Of a stretch of 64,000 nt of DNA, positions 41,926-52,293 are shown piece after piece (the stretch's first letter is position 1; every line of letters starts with the position of its first letter). The stretch is from Candidatus Bathyarchaeota archaeon (GTDB lineage Archaea; Thermoproteota; Bathyarchaeia; Bathyarchaeales; Bathycorpusculaceae), in NCBI GenBank assembly GCA_963720565.1, contig CAVRFW010000002.1:1-64000 (forward strand). The letters are read 5' to 3'. A program made the position numbers and the translations under genes. The notes beneath the pieces were generated by a model. The model saw only the letters and a program-made list of their open reading frames with translations. It searched no databases and was not told the DNA's origin.

Positions 41926-43578
41926 TCAAACTGTAACTTTGTTGCTGTTGAGCCAAAACCAAAAGCGCAAACTGGTTAAGGTCGCCTTAAGCCTATTTCG
42001 TTTCCTAAAGAGAACAAACAACCCCAAACCAACTGAAGTTGCGGCAACTAATGACGCGAAAAAATATGTTGTTGGGAAAGGCTGCTTAGTTGTTTCCTCG
42101 TCGCCAGGAACCCTCGGAATTGCAACAGATTTTAGAAGCGGGTAACGATCCGTGTTATTCGTACCCACTATGTAAGGTGTGTCTCCTATTCCATCGCCAT
42201 TCGAGTCAGTACCAGTGTAGTCGTTCCAGTAGTTGCCTTGTTTGCCGTCATCCCAAACACTTATTGAAATCGTCAGAGGTATCGACCAAGGCGCAAAACC
42301 AACGTCACTCCATTGTTTAGTGTTGTTTACAAAGTTGTTGTGGTGAATAATGTTGGTTCCACAGTATTCAGTGTATACACCTCTTTCGCTGTTGGCTATG
42401 TTGTTCTCCAATATCTTGTTCTCAGCAGAGTCAGCTAAGTAAACGCCCGTAACAGTGTTTGCGGTTATGTCGTTTCCCCAGATATTATTGTTAAGAGAGC
42501 TCCAGCGTAATTGAATGCCGTTTTCATTTCTGGTTATGGTGTTTCCGCTTATCGTGTTGTTAGAGGATGCGTCAAGATTGATGCCGAATAAGCATTCTGA
42601 GAGCTTGTTATTCGTGATCGTTGAGTTTGTGGACGAGCCTAAGAATACGCCTTCGAGGTTTCCGCCGAGATCAAGGTTATTTACCGTTATGCCCGTGCAT
42701 CTTATGATGGCAACGTAGCAGACACCATCTGGAACAGTCTTGTCGTGTTCATTAACCCAGTATATAATTGGTTTCTCGTTCACTGTGTTAGATGTGTCAA
42801 CGTCAACATTGACCGCCTCGACATTGAAGGCGCGAAAGCCATAGGTATTATTGATCATCATGTTGTTTTTCGCTATGCTATCCGAACCTACTCCCAAACC
42901 CAGACCAAAAGTATTTGAAATTATTCTGTTTCCCACAATGCTGGTGTTTACGAAATTTTTAATCTGCATACCAACGCTGCTGTTTACAACTTCATTTTCC
43001 AAAATAGCGTTATCAGAGCCTGGACGGACACTGTAGATCTCCATTCCAACTCCACAATTCTGGATGAGGTTTTCTGCAATCTTGTTACGTGAAGAATTTC
43101 CGGTCATTTCAATGCTGATGAAGTTGTCATTGAACTTATTCCTAATTATGTTGCAGTCTGCAGAGCTAACGAGAAGAATTCCACATCTACCTAGGAAGCC
43201 TGTGATAACCAGATTTACTATTGTCACGTTTTTTCTGTTGCGGATATCGACTCCTACCCCGTTGTCGCTTTCTGCTAGCAAAATATTGCCTGCCCCATCA
43301 ATTATTATGTTGTCTCTTTCTACAATAATTGAGCCAGTAATGCTTCCATTGAACAAGTAAGTGTCTATGTCACGTTGAATCTTGTCCGTTCCCTCTATGC
43401 TTCCGTCAGTCTTGATAGTAATGGTGACATGATTTTGAGGGGCGGCTGTCGATTCGATAAACTGGGGTCCAGCCGCTGCCAATGGTAGAAACGCCAATAT
43501 GATTATCAGTGCAAAAGCCACCTTGTTCATATCAGGACCAACAATGTAAGGGTTAGACGTGTATTTAGCTCTCTCCAA
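41926..43578 (-). CDS. Secreted right-handed beta-helix (NosD-like) protein with TM anchor
   Basis: N..I..N repeats; GNYWNDYTGTDSNGDGIGDTPY..DRYPL. Confidence 0.88.
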   Translation of the reverse strand: MERAKYTSNPYIVGPDMNKVAFALIIILAFLPLAAAGPQFIESTAAPQNHVTITIKTDGSIEGTDKIQRDIDTYLFNGSITGSIIVERDNIIIDGAGNILLAESDNGVGVDIRNRKNVTIVNLVITGFLGRCGILLVSSADCNIIRNKFNDNFISIEMTGNSSRNKIAENLIQNCGVGMEIYSVRPGSDNAILENEVVNSSVGMQIKNFVNTSIVGNRIISNTFGLGLGVGSDSIAKNNMMINNTYGFRAFNVEAVNVDVDTSNTVNEKPIIYWVNEHDKTVPDGVCYVAIIRCTGITVNNLDLGGNLEGVFLGSSTNSTITNNKLSECLFGINLDASSNNTISGNTITRNENGIQLRWSSLNNNIWGNDITANTVTGVYLADSAENKILENNIANSERGVYTEYCGTNIIHHNNFVNNTKQWSDVGFAPWSIPLTISISVWDDGKQGNYWNDYTGTDSNGDGIGDTPYIVGTNNTDRYPLLKSVAIPRVPGDEETTKQPFPTTYFFASLVAATSVGLGLFVLFRKRNRLKATLTSLRFWFWLNSNKVTV

Positions 43579-43879
43579 AGAACAATGTAGTGCAAAACAT
43601 TGAACAATGCTTTTGTGTGTTTTCAGCGTAGAAGCCTATTCAAGGAAAAACAGGGGATTGTTTTGAATTCTCAATCAAGTAGAGGTGTCACGCTACCCTA
43701 ATACTATAAAGAAAACAAGAGATAGGCGATATTACGTCGCTGTCTCGAAAAAAGCAGCAAACAATGCAGGCGGCGAAGCATTGCTAGTCACTCTCAAGGC
43801 ACGACGAAAAAGAACCATTTCGCAGCTAATCACAAGATTCTTATCGAATGTAAACGAAGTTAGAATTGAGGATGCAAAA

Positions 43880-44237
43880 ATGAAAATAGGCTCTATCGTT
43901 GTTAAATGCAGAGACTTCAACAAAATGATGGCGTTCTGGCAAGAGGCACTTCACTACGTTCCCACACAGCCTGCAAAGAATGGCTGGGTCATTCTGCGGG
44001 ATCCTGAAGGAAGAAGCCCAAACATTTCTTTGGATTTGGCAGCTGATAAGGAGCGTTTGGCAACTAGGCAAGAATCCGCGCTTGCATCTCGACCTCTACG
44101 CTGAAAACCAAGAAGACGAGGTGAATAGACTGCTCAAAATAGGAGCAAACCGCCACCCCCAGACTTATGACCCTGAAGACGACTTCATCGTGTTAGAGGA
44201 TCCTGACGGCAACCTCTTCTGCGTGGTTCAGATATAG
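43880..44237 (+). CDS. VOC/glyoxalase protein, frameshift near 44060
   Basis: MKIGSIVVKCRD..FWQEAL continues as RLHLDL..LEDPDGNLFCVV. Confidence 0.85.
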
Positions 44238-44297
44238 CTCGCGCACGGATAAAACCTGGTTCTGATTTGAACCAACAACACAAAGCCTGAAATGACT

Positions 44298-44654
44298 TCA
44301 GAACAACTCAAGAACCTTTTTCGGGATCACGTAGTTCTTGCTGCAGTGTCTGCATTTTGCCTCATTGCTTTTTGAAGAAAACGGCTGCAAGTCTCCACAA
44401 TGAGGACATGCCATATTGACTGAGACAACTCTTCCCATGTTCAAGTCTCTGATTTCTTTAGCTTTGTCCCACATTTCAAGCTCCTCATACTTCAGAGCTG
44501 CTTCCTCATACACACCAGCTTTCTCCAATTCCTTGATTTCTGCAAGAATACCCGGAACCTCTTCCTCCTTGGAAACAAATTTTCTACTCCCACAATAGGG
44601 ACATTTCTGCGGGTCTTTCTGCAATATTTCTTCTCGGCAATCCGCGCACTTCAT
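44298..44654 (-). CDS. Zinc-ribbon protein
   Basis: Two pairs of CxxC around a helical segment. Confidence 0.75.
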   Translation of the reverse strand: MKCADCREEILQKDPQKCPYCGSRKFVSKEEEVPGILAEIKELEKAGVYEEAALKYEELEMWDKAKEIRDLNMGRVVSVNMACPHCGDLQPFSSKSNEAKCRHCSKNYVIPKKVLELF

Positions 44655-45029
44655 ACTTCAAAGGTCTCTCCTAAGCCAACAAATACTTCGAGAGTTAATG
44701 CGGTCTGCATACTATCAAAATAGGCGCAATAGTATTAAAACTCTAACGTAAGATGAGATTCCCCTCGGCATTCATCATCGACACAATAGGTGCAAAAACA
44801 AAACAGGATTAGCATGCCAGAGTGCAAGCGCAAAAGAGACGTTTTAACAAACCTTCAGCTTAAAGCAACTCATTTATCTTTACTCCACCTTCATGGAGTG
44901 TAATATTCTCAACTCCTAACATCTTGCTTGCCCCTTCCATTCAAGCGTCCCAGGCACACAAAGACTGTTATAGTTATAAAACAAATACCAAGTACCAGTA
45001 TTGCCGTAGATTTGGAAGGAGAGAAAACA

Positions 45030-45620
45030 ATGATTGCTGTAACTGAATCAGAAAATGGTTCCAAGGGTTGGAAGAAGTTCCTCATGAAGCACTGGAAAAT
45101 GGCTGCTGTATTTGTAGTAGTGGCTGTTTTGGCAGCTGTCAGCGCTGTTCTTGTACTCTTGTGGTTCATAGGGAATGCTCAATCAACTGGAATGGTACCT
45201 GCGAAATTGGGTCTATGGACAATGGGAAATATGGTGACTTTTCTGTTGCATTTGATTTTCTGGGAAGTTCTAATCATCGGAATCCCAGTAATCATTGCAG
45301 CAGTAGCAGGGTGGTTATGGTGGAAAAGGCTACCTGAAGAAGAAAAGAAAGAACATCATTTCTCAGGCAAACGCTCGCGCTCGACAAGCGGAGGGGGAGG
45401 CGCAATATCGCTGTTGGTTTGGATTGCGTTCTTAATCAAGGTTTATACTGATGGAAACTGGAATGTTGCTGTTGCCACTTGGACACTTGACTATCTTGTG
45501 TCTTCTTTTCTTTCGGTGCTAATGTGGATCATAATCATCTTCGGAATTCCTGGAATTGTCATAGGACTCATCTGGTGGATAGCCAATAAGAAGGGAAAAA
45601 AGCTCGACAGTTTTTCTTGA
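45030..45620 (+). CDS. Four-TM membrane protein
   Basis: Trp-rich TM helices; SD upstream of ATG 45030. Confidence 0.7.
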   Translation: MIAVTESENGSKGWKKFLMKHWKMAAVFVVVAVLAAVSAVLVLLWFIGNAQSTGMVPAKLGLWTMGNMVTFLLHLIFWEVLIIGIPVIIAAVAGWLWWKRLPEEEKKEHHFSGKRSRSTSGGGGAISLLVWIAFLIKVYTDGNWNVAVATWTLDYLVSSFLSVLMWIIIIFGIPGIVIGLIWWIANKKGKKLDSFS

Positions 45621-46341
45621 GAACACATCTAAAAACACCTTTCTTTTTTTTCCGCCGCGCAGTGCCGAGTTTAGGAACAATCACCCTCAAAGATAATTGT
45701 AACTTGCCCCAAAACAAATCAGAGATCCTGCAAAGATGCACGATAAACTTGCAAGAGGACAAAAACATGTTCGGAGGAACTCTACAGTCCAGACAAACCA
45801 GAAAGGGGTAACAGACTCTGAAGAGAAATAGCTAATCACTATGCCGCAGGCGTTGCCCAATCGTACTCGCGAATTCTGAGGGCTACCTAAAGAAGCGTAC
45901 TAGGGCACGTTACTATCCATTGTTCTGAGTATCTTTCTCTGCTGTTCCATTCGTCTAAGTTTGGGACTAAGTCTTACCCGGCAAACTGTCCCATGCGTAT
46001 TCTGGTAATATCTTTTTCCTTTTGCCTTCAATTTTGTTTTTTTCGCCAATCTTTAGCACCTGCCCAGCATTGCACATGCTGTTTTGAGAGTATACAAATC
46101 GGAGTATTTTAGTGTGCCTCATGAAAGCGCCTATTCGTTCAGAACCCGATTAAAAAATTGTATCTTGGTCTTTTTCAATCTTCTTCACAGTCGCCAATTT
46201 CCATGTAGAATAAGATATTCAAGCACTAATCTGAAAGAAACAAACTGCACCATAATCATTCAGGGCAGCTAAAGAACAAACAAACGCGCAGGTTAGTGGC
46301 GAGTCTTTGGAATGACGTACCCCGAACGATGGGAGAGGCTG

Positions 46342-46587
46342 CTATTCGCTGCTTGCTATTTCTGCATCGGCACTGACTGAGTCCACGTAGGTTATTTTGA
46401 CTTTCACGTGGTCTCCCAATTTAACATCGCCGACAAGCACCGGGAATCCTTTGACTCGGGCTATGCCTTCCCCGTTCGGGCTCATTTGGATTACTTCTAC
46501 TTCGTATTCGTTACCTATTGTGACTGGGCAATCTCTTTTGCCACGTTTGTTCTTGGCGTTTCTAGGGGTTCTTTTCTTTGGACTAAT
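46342..46587 (-). CDS. Single TRAM-domain RNA-binding protein (not in ORF track), probable ATT start
   Basis: PVTIGNEYEVEVIQMSPNGEGIARVKGFPVLVGDVKLGDHVKVKITYV. Confidence 0.85.
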   Translation of the reverse strand: MSPKKRTPRNAKNKRGKRDCPVTIGNEYEVEVIQMSPNGEGIARVKGFPVLVGDVKLGDHVKVKITYVDSVSADAEIASSE

Positions 46588-46791
46588 TGAAGATACTCTC
46601 CACAGATTGTTACGTTAATGGGTTGTTAGCGCCTCGAGCATCTTAAGCATTATGCATAAAATATTGTTAGGAGTACGATTAAATCAAATTTTCCGTGTCC
46701 CAAACCAATTCAGAGATCCTAATGCTCGACTTTCAAAAACAATAGTCAGACTAGTGCTTTGCCACCGAACAGTAATTATCAATCGAAAGAC

Positions 46792-47022
46792 TCAGCGAGC
46801 GTGTTCTTTGGGTTTGACTACGAAAGACAATATCAGCAATGCAATTGTCGCCAACAGGAATAATGCTCCAAATATCGAAAGAGGTGTTCTGAAGATTGGT
46901 TCTCCATGTAGAACCCGGTTTGAAGGAAGAGCGAGAGCATAGGATGCTAAAAAGATGGCGTAAAACACCGCGCCTATCCCTTGAGCTAAAAACACGAACA
47001 AGGCTAACCTGTTTTTCTTCAA
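46792..47022 (-). CDS. Small two-TM protein
   Basis: Two hydrophobic helices; GAGGG SD. Confidence 0.6.
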   Translation of the reverse strand: MKKNRLALFVFLAQGIGAVFYAIFLASYALALPSNRVLHGEPIFRTPLSIFGALFLLATIALLILSFVVKPKEHAR

Positions 47023-47177
47023 CCGTATCGCCCTCTCTGTTACTAGTCTTCAACTACTTCAATATTACAGCATAGTCTCTTTATAAGATTGCTTGCTAGA
47101 AACAAAAAACTCGACAACCGCAACCATAATATACTCAGTTCATCCAAACCCTAAATTGTAAGCTGCGGTGAAAGAAT

Positions 47178-48119
47178 TTGGCTGACAAAAATAGAAACTG
47201 GCCGCTCAGAGTCGGTCTTCTCCTAGTTTCCATAGCGTTGTTTTCGTACATGCTCTATGAAACCGCCAACGGCATAATCAACAGAGGACCTCTCGAGATT
47301 TTTTTCATACTCATAACCGACGTGCCAGGAGGCATAGGTATGAGTTTCAGAGCAGCGGCAGGATTCATCGCGGTAGTCACAGTTCTATTTTACATGTTCA
47401 GAAAGGATCTCTCCAAACCCGAGGCATTGATGGCAGTAAGGTTCGCATTGCTTTTTGAAGCGGGTTACTGGTTTCTGAGCTTTTTCATGTCTGGCTTTTG
47501 GGGACTCGCAGCATCCGCGAACCCAGCTCTAGGTTACGGCGATTTGTTTATGATGACGATTACAACCACTCTGCCTTGCTTTCTACAATCCATAGTGCTA
47601 GTTGGCGCTTTGATCAAGTTATTTTTTGAGTTAAACCCGAACAAACCTACGAAAAACGCCATAAAATGGGGATTGATTACAGGCACTCTTTACGTTTTCG
47701 TCTTCTGGTTGAACAACACTGGCCTCTGGGCAGCCGCTTTAGCCGAAAAGGGCTTGGACTACATTCTTCTTTATCCGTCAAACATGTTCATCTTCCTCTT
47801 CTCCACTGTCGGCCTGTTACTGATAGCAGTGTATTCAGCGTACTTCACTAAGAAATCCATAGGAACCGAAACCCTCAAAGAGCTTAACCTCCACACCGTG
47901 GGCGTAATCGTAACGCTTGTCGGACTTTATTTCGGCTTGAACTATGTCATGTGGATTTTCCTAGACAGCGTCGGAGGATGGGGCACATGGTACGCCTGGA
48001 TTCTTGGCCACAACTTGGATCTATGGGCTATGTCTCTGCCGCTCGTTGGGCTGCCACTGTTGTTCTACGGCAACTCTCCAGAAATCCAAGGTGCAACGCC
48101 GGAAATTGAGAAAGAATAG
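47178..48119 (+). CDS. Multi-pass membrane protein
   Basis: About 8 TM helices. Confidence 0.75.
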   Translation: MADKNRNWPLRVGLLLVSIALFSYMLYETANGIINRGPLEIFFILITDVPGGIGMSFRAAAGFIAVVTVLFYMFRKDLSKPEALMAVRFALLFEAGYWFLSFFMSGFWGLAASANPALGYGDLFMMTITTTLPCFLQSIVLVGALIKLFFELNPNKPTKNAIKWGLITGTLYVFVFWLNNTGLWAAALAEKGLDYILLYPSNMFIFLFSTVGLLLIAVYSAYFTKKSIGTETLKELNLHTVGVIVTLVGLYFGLNYVMWIFLDSVGGWGTWYAWILGHNLDLWAMSLPLVGLPLLFYGNSPEIQGATPEIEKE

Positions 48120-48205
48120 AAATACGTTAACTCGCGCTCTGCAAATAACTCTAGAGAAAACGAATGTCAACGCGTCTTAGTTCTTTTTTCCTCTTTTGTG
48201 CTTCC

Positions 48206-48868
48206 TTACTTTTTCTTAATCCGCGTCTTCGGTTTCGCCGCAGATCGCCCACTTTTTCTCTGAGAACGGTTTCCAATTACCCCTGATTCTTCCAGCTTCT
48301 TCTTGACCAGTGCCTTCTCCACTGTCCTCACGCCAAGGTTGTGCTTAGCCGCTGTTTTTCTGAGAGCTAACACCAACTTCAAGTAGTTCGTGGTTGAAAA
48401 AAGGTTAGATGCCTCATTCCCCAATAAAGCCCGCCACGCGTACACGTCAAAAACTCCATATTGTTTCGGGTCAAAAAACGCAAGAATCACACTCGCCAAA
48501 ACGGGGCTAACGCCCTCCAACATCATGAGGCAATTCATCCTGAACGCGCTATCATCAACGGGCAAATTGAAAGCCTGACTCGAAGCCAACCTCACCGAAG
48601 CCTCATCATTCCTAGCCACCAACTCCAGAACCCGAATCTTCTTCGCCTCATCATCGTTGAACTTCCACTCAACCACGTCAGCCAAATCAGCTTTCGACAT
48701 AACCTTCAATCGCCGAAACCTTGCGCCCAACTCCCTTTCCACCTGAACAAGCCACCCCTGGTCTTTGTCATATTTCTGGCTCCACTTCAGAAAATCCCGC
48801 TTATCCACCCCTTTAACACCGCTACACTTGTCGCCGTCCGCATATTTATGATTACATCTTTGCCTCAA
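48206..48868 (-). CDS. HhH-GPD/DNA glycosylase-like protein
   Basis: VVEWK; LEGVSPVLASVILAFFDP..VFDVYAWRAL. Confidence 0.6.
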   Translation of the reverse strand: MRQRCNHKYADGDKCSGVKGVDKRDFLKWSQKYDKDQGWLVQVERELGARFRRLKVMSKADLADVVEWKFNDDEAKKIRVLELVARNDEASVRLASSQAFNLPVDDSAFRMNCLMMLEGVSPVLASVILAFFDPKQYGVFDVYAWRALLGNEASNLFSTTNYLKLVLALRKTAAKHNLGVRTVEKALVKKKLEESGVIGNRSQRKSGRSAAKPKTRIKKK

Positions 48869-49168
48869 ACTTGTTGAGAAAAAAGACGAAAACGGAGTTG
48901 CAAGCTTTAAGCGCCCGGCTCCACTAAAACAAACATTAGCCGGGTTTATGGAAAAGTCAGTGCATACCTCCTTTTTTGTTCGGGTTTTTCAAGAAGCGCT
49001 CTGGTTTCAGGTGACTATTCTGGGATGTTTATCCAAGCTTACGGTTTGGACATAACACCTATATCCAGAGACTAATGTTAATTACATGATTCTTTATGAT
49101 TGTTCGAAAACAAGTTACTAAAGGCAATTCTAGAGCGGTTAAAGCCTGGAGAGAACGCGCTAAACACT

Positions 49169-49297
49169 GGCTCTTAACCGTTGATCCCACCTGAAATTTA
49201 TGATCCTGTTAGCAGTTATTTCTTTGTGTACGTTTGGAGATCAGAAGTTAAGGGCAAGAGAGCAACCTGTCCCTAAGGACACGTCGCTCCCCGCAAA
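49169..49297 (-). ncRNA. Candidate structured small RNA
   Basis: Hairpin 49258-49291 plus long-range stems 49173-88/49237-52; TATA-like site at about 49320. Confidence 0.4.
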
Positions 49298-49399
49298 AAT
49301 CACTCTTGCTTTTGGGTAACTTAAATTTTGTTCATTTCTGTACAAGATTAAAAATCCAGATTAGAGAAATCTGAACGAGCAGAAGCTGGCTAAGAACAG

Positions 49400-49561
49400 T
49401 CAGATACTTGAGATTTTGGTAATGATTTCTCGGTATCTCTCATCACTAAAATCTTTTGAACAGACCACCAGCACGAGCCTGCTTTCAGTGCCCTTACACT
49501 GATAAATCGTGAAATATTTTCCATCCTTAATTTCTTCTCCACACAATCCGCACTTCCTCAT
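49400..49561 (-). CDS. 53-aa zinc-finger-like microprotein (not in ORF track)
   Basis: MRKCGLCGEEIKDGKYF..VVCSKD; GAGGGAG SD. Confidence 0.55.
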   Translation of the reverse strand: MRKCGLCGEEIKDGKYFTIYQCKGTESRLVLVVCSKDFSDERYREIITKISSI

Positions 49562-49777
49562 TCTTTCTCCCTCAACATATAATTGGCCTATTTGGATTTA
49601 ACTTACGCGCACTACCGAGTCGCCAAAGCGAAGCACAGAAACAAGGAGCGCGCTAGTCTTTGTCTCCCTTATTTTCTTAAACATTCGGCGAGAAGCGCTC
49701 TTAGAAAGTAGAAAAAATGCAAAGGTGAGACAAATAAAGAGAGACTACATCAAGGTTTTCATAGAGCTTGGTAGTGG

Positions 49778-50115
49778 TTATTTGAATTTTCCTTCGAATA
49801 TGCTTTTGAACATGTAGAGGATAGGGGGGATGTTTATGAAACGGACGGTGTTTAGCCAAATTTGATAGTAGATAAGAATCCTACGCTCGTGCTCAGAGTG
49901 TAGCATAGTGTGAATGTCGCGAGGGCAACTCCCCACTTCTTCATTGATAACAAACCCCCAATCGATGACACCCACAACATAAGTTCTATCCAGTTGTTCG
50001 GATCCATGTATTCTTCTGGCAACATCATTAGCATGATAAGAATGTTGATTGCCATCCAAACAACTATCAAGTAAACTTCAGGTAGAACGACTAGATTTGT
50101 TCTCAGGCATTTCAA
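49778..50115 (-). CDS. Membrane protein with frameshift near 49880
   Basis: ORF 49852..50115 continues as ILIYYQIWLNTVRF.. of 49778..50059. Confidence 0.6.
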
Positions 50116-50226
50116 ATCAAATCTAGTCTATTTTACACGTTTAATGAACGATTTGATGACTGAGAATCTTGAGAAACAACACGTGTTTCCTCACTCAATT
50201 GACCCCGCTCTTCACGAATTGCCAAA

Positions 50227-50985
50227 CTAAATGGTTAGGTTTTGTTGTTTTCTAGCGACAACCATAACCTCGATCTCGTCGAGGTCAATCGGTTGACGTT
50301 GCCAGTTTCCAGCTGTGCCACCCCAGATGTGCACAACTTTGAAGCCAGCTTGATTGAAAAGCAGAGTGAGTTCCGTCGGAACATACCCGCGCTCCCTAAC
50401 CTCAACCTCTTTTCTGCCAGAAGGAGTATCCCATTCCATAACAAAGTTTTCAACCATCGTCAACGGATCAAATTTTCCACGTTTGACTTCTTCCTGAGAG
50501 TATTTGCGGATTTTCTCGAATCCATTCGGGGTTGTCAGAATCATTTTGGCTCGTATCTTGAGCGCTGCATTGATGTTGCGAAGAATGGCAAGGTCATGCT
50601 CAATCGGATGATCAGCTGACCCCAGAAGCCCAAAGGCTCCTTCACAGAGGCACAAGGCCGCGTCAAATCTCGTTTTTGACCTAAACACAGATGCATCGGC
50701 GCGTATCCAACTGACTTTAACGCGGGCTTTTCTTGCTGCCTTCCTCGCTTCAGCAAGCATTCCAGAAGAAATATCGACGCCTGTTACTTTGAAACCTTTT
50801 TTTGCGAGTTCAATAGAGTGCCGACCAGTGCCACACCCGACGTCCAAAATGCTGCTGTTCAGCTTGGGTTTTAGTTCTTCAAGTATGAATGCTACTTCTT
50901 CAACGGTGCTTCTCGTGAAGGGTTCATTCATGTATTTTCGAGCGTGCCCATCGAAGAACAGTTCCCATTCGCTTCTCTTTTTCAT
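50227..50985 (-). CDS. Class I SAM methyltransferase
   Basis: ILDVGCGTGRHSIELA, FDAALCLC. Confidence 0.9.
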   Translation of the reverse strand: MKKRSEWELFFDGHARKYMNEPFTRSTVEEVAFILEELKPKLNSSILDVGCGTGRHSIELAKKGFKVTGVDISSGMLAEARKAARKARVKVSWIRADASVFRSKTRFDAALCLCEGAFGLLGSADHPIEHDLAILRNINAALKIRAKMILTTPNGFEKIRKYSQEEVKRGKFDPLTMVENFVMEWDTPSGRKEVEVRERGYVPTELTLLFNQAGFKVVHIWGGTAGNWQRQPIDLDEIEVMVVARKQQNLTI

Positions 50986-51081
50986 GCTTAATTCTTGAAT
51001 GGCAGCGAAGCTTATGAACATAGCTCCATTTAGAATAAAAATTCAGCCCTTCTCAACGCGCTCTGTTTTCGATTCAAAACT

Positions 51082-51273
51082 CTATTTCTTATTGGAGTTT
51101 TTGAAGACTTCGCATTCTATGCACTGTTTTGTTGTGCAAATGTCTTCTGAGAAGGGACAGAATTGGAACAGCCTCGGAAGATAAGCGTTCAATGCCTCGT
51201 TCTCCACTGACTTAAAATTTAGTTTGGCTTTGCTCAGAAGTGCGCGAATTTCCGTTGTAGTTTTAAGGGTCAT
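51082..51273 (-). CDS. Small Cys-cluster protein
   Basis: CPFSEDICTTKQCIEC. Confidence 0.55.
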   Translation of the reverse strand: MTLKTTTEIRALLSKAKLNFKSVENEALNAYLPRLFQFCPFSEDICTTKQCIECEVFKNSNKK

Positions 51274-51336
51274 TTTGCTTCAACTTTCAGTCTTTTTCAG
51301 TTACTCTTTTTGTTGGAAAGTTTTGTAGTGATCCGT

Positions 51337-52035
51337 TTAGTTGATGTCTTTTAGTATTCGCTTAAGTATGGCGAAGCCGTGTCTTGCTTTGAGCTTCTTT
51401 TCACCTAATCTTGCCCTGTATTCTATCAGAATTTCCTGGGTAGTGTAACCTTTTTTCTGAACAAAATTGTTAAGTTCAACTTCGATGTCAAACCCTTTGG
51501 ATTCTATGCGCCATTCTCGCAGAATGTCAGTTCGTATGACACGAAGTCCCGTCAAGGGGTCTTCAAGTGCAACTCCGTTTAAGGTTTTATGTGCAAATGC
51601 TAGCAACTTGTTTCCCAAGTGGAATATACGATAGAGCGCTTTCTTGTCAACGTTTCCGTTGAATCTGTTGCCGCAGACCATGCCGACTTTTGGGTTCTCA
51701 TCTAAGATCTTTATCATGCCCGGAACATACTTGGCAGGGTAAGTGTAATCTGCATCTGTGAGAACCATATAGCTGACGTTTGGATCCAAGTTTTCCAGGG
51801 CTTTTGCGAGGGCGTCGCCTTTGCCTGTGCCATTCTGGGTTAGGATGGTTGCACCCATATTTTTCGCCAGCTGCACGGTTTTGTCCGTGCTCTTTCCGTC
51901 AACAACAAGCGTCGGTATATCGCCTAGGATGTCTTTCATTTCGGCTATGGTTAGACCGATGCCCTGTTCTTCATTCAAAGCTGCTATAACAAGCTGACTT
52001 GAAGAGATGGATTCTTGGGTTCTTACTATCTGCAT
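51337..52035 (-). CDS. GT2 glycosyltransferase (Dol-P-Man synthase-like)
   Basis: AALNEE, VVDGKSTDKT, GKGDA, DADYTYP, FDIEVE. Confidence 0.9.
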   Translation of the reverse strand: MQIVRTQESISSSQLVIAALNEEQGIGLTIAEMKDILGDIPTLVVDGKSTDKTVQLAKNMGATILTQNGTGKGDALAKALENLDPNVSYMVLTDADYTYPAKYVPGMIKILDENPKVGMVCGNRFNGNVDKKALYRIFHLGNKLLAFAHKTLNGVALEDPLTGLRVIRTDILREWRIESKGFDIEVELNNFVQKKGYTTQEILIEYRARLGEKKLKARHGFAILKRILKDIN

Positions 52036-52293
52036 TTATCATCAACGAATAGCAAGATTTACGATATAGTATATGAATCAAGTTTTCAAATCAACAGTAT
52101 GCTTCAATAAGGAACATGTCAAAAATCGATTAGGCTTGGAAATACAAGCTTTTCTCCCTTCAAAACACAGAAAAAAGAAATAGAAAGGACCGCCCCTGAA
52201 TAATCGCCAAATCACTCTGCCCCGTTGCTACTGCTGTGTTCATAAATATTATAAGGAGCATTTCTCAAGCAGAGTAAAGAAGGTGATATTGAA

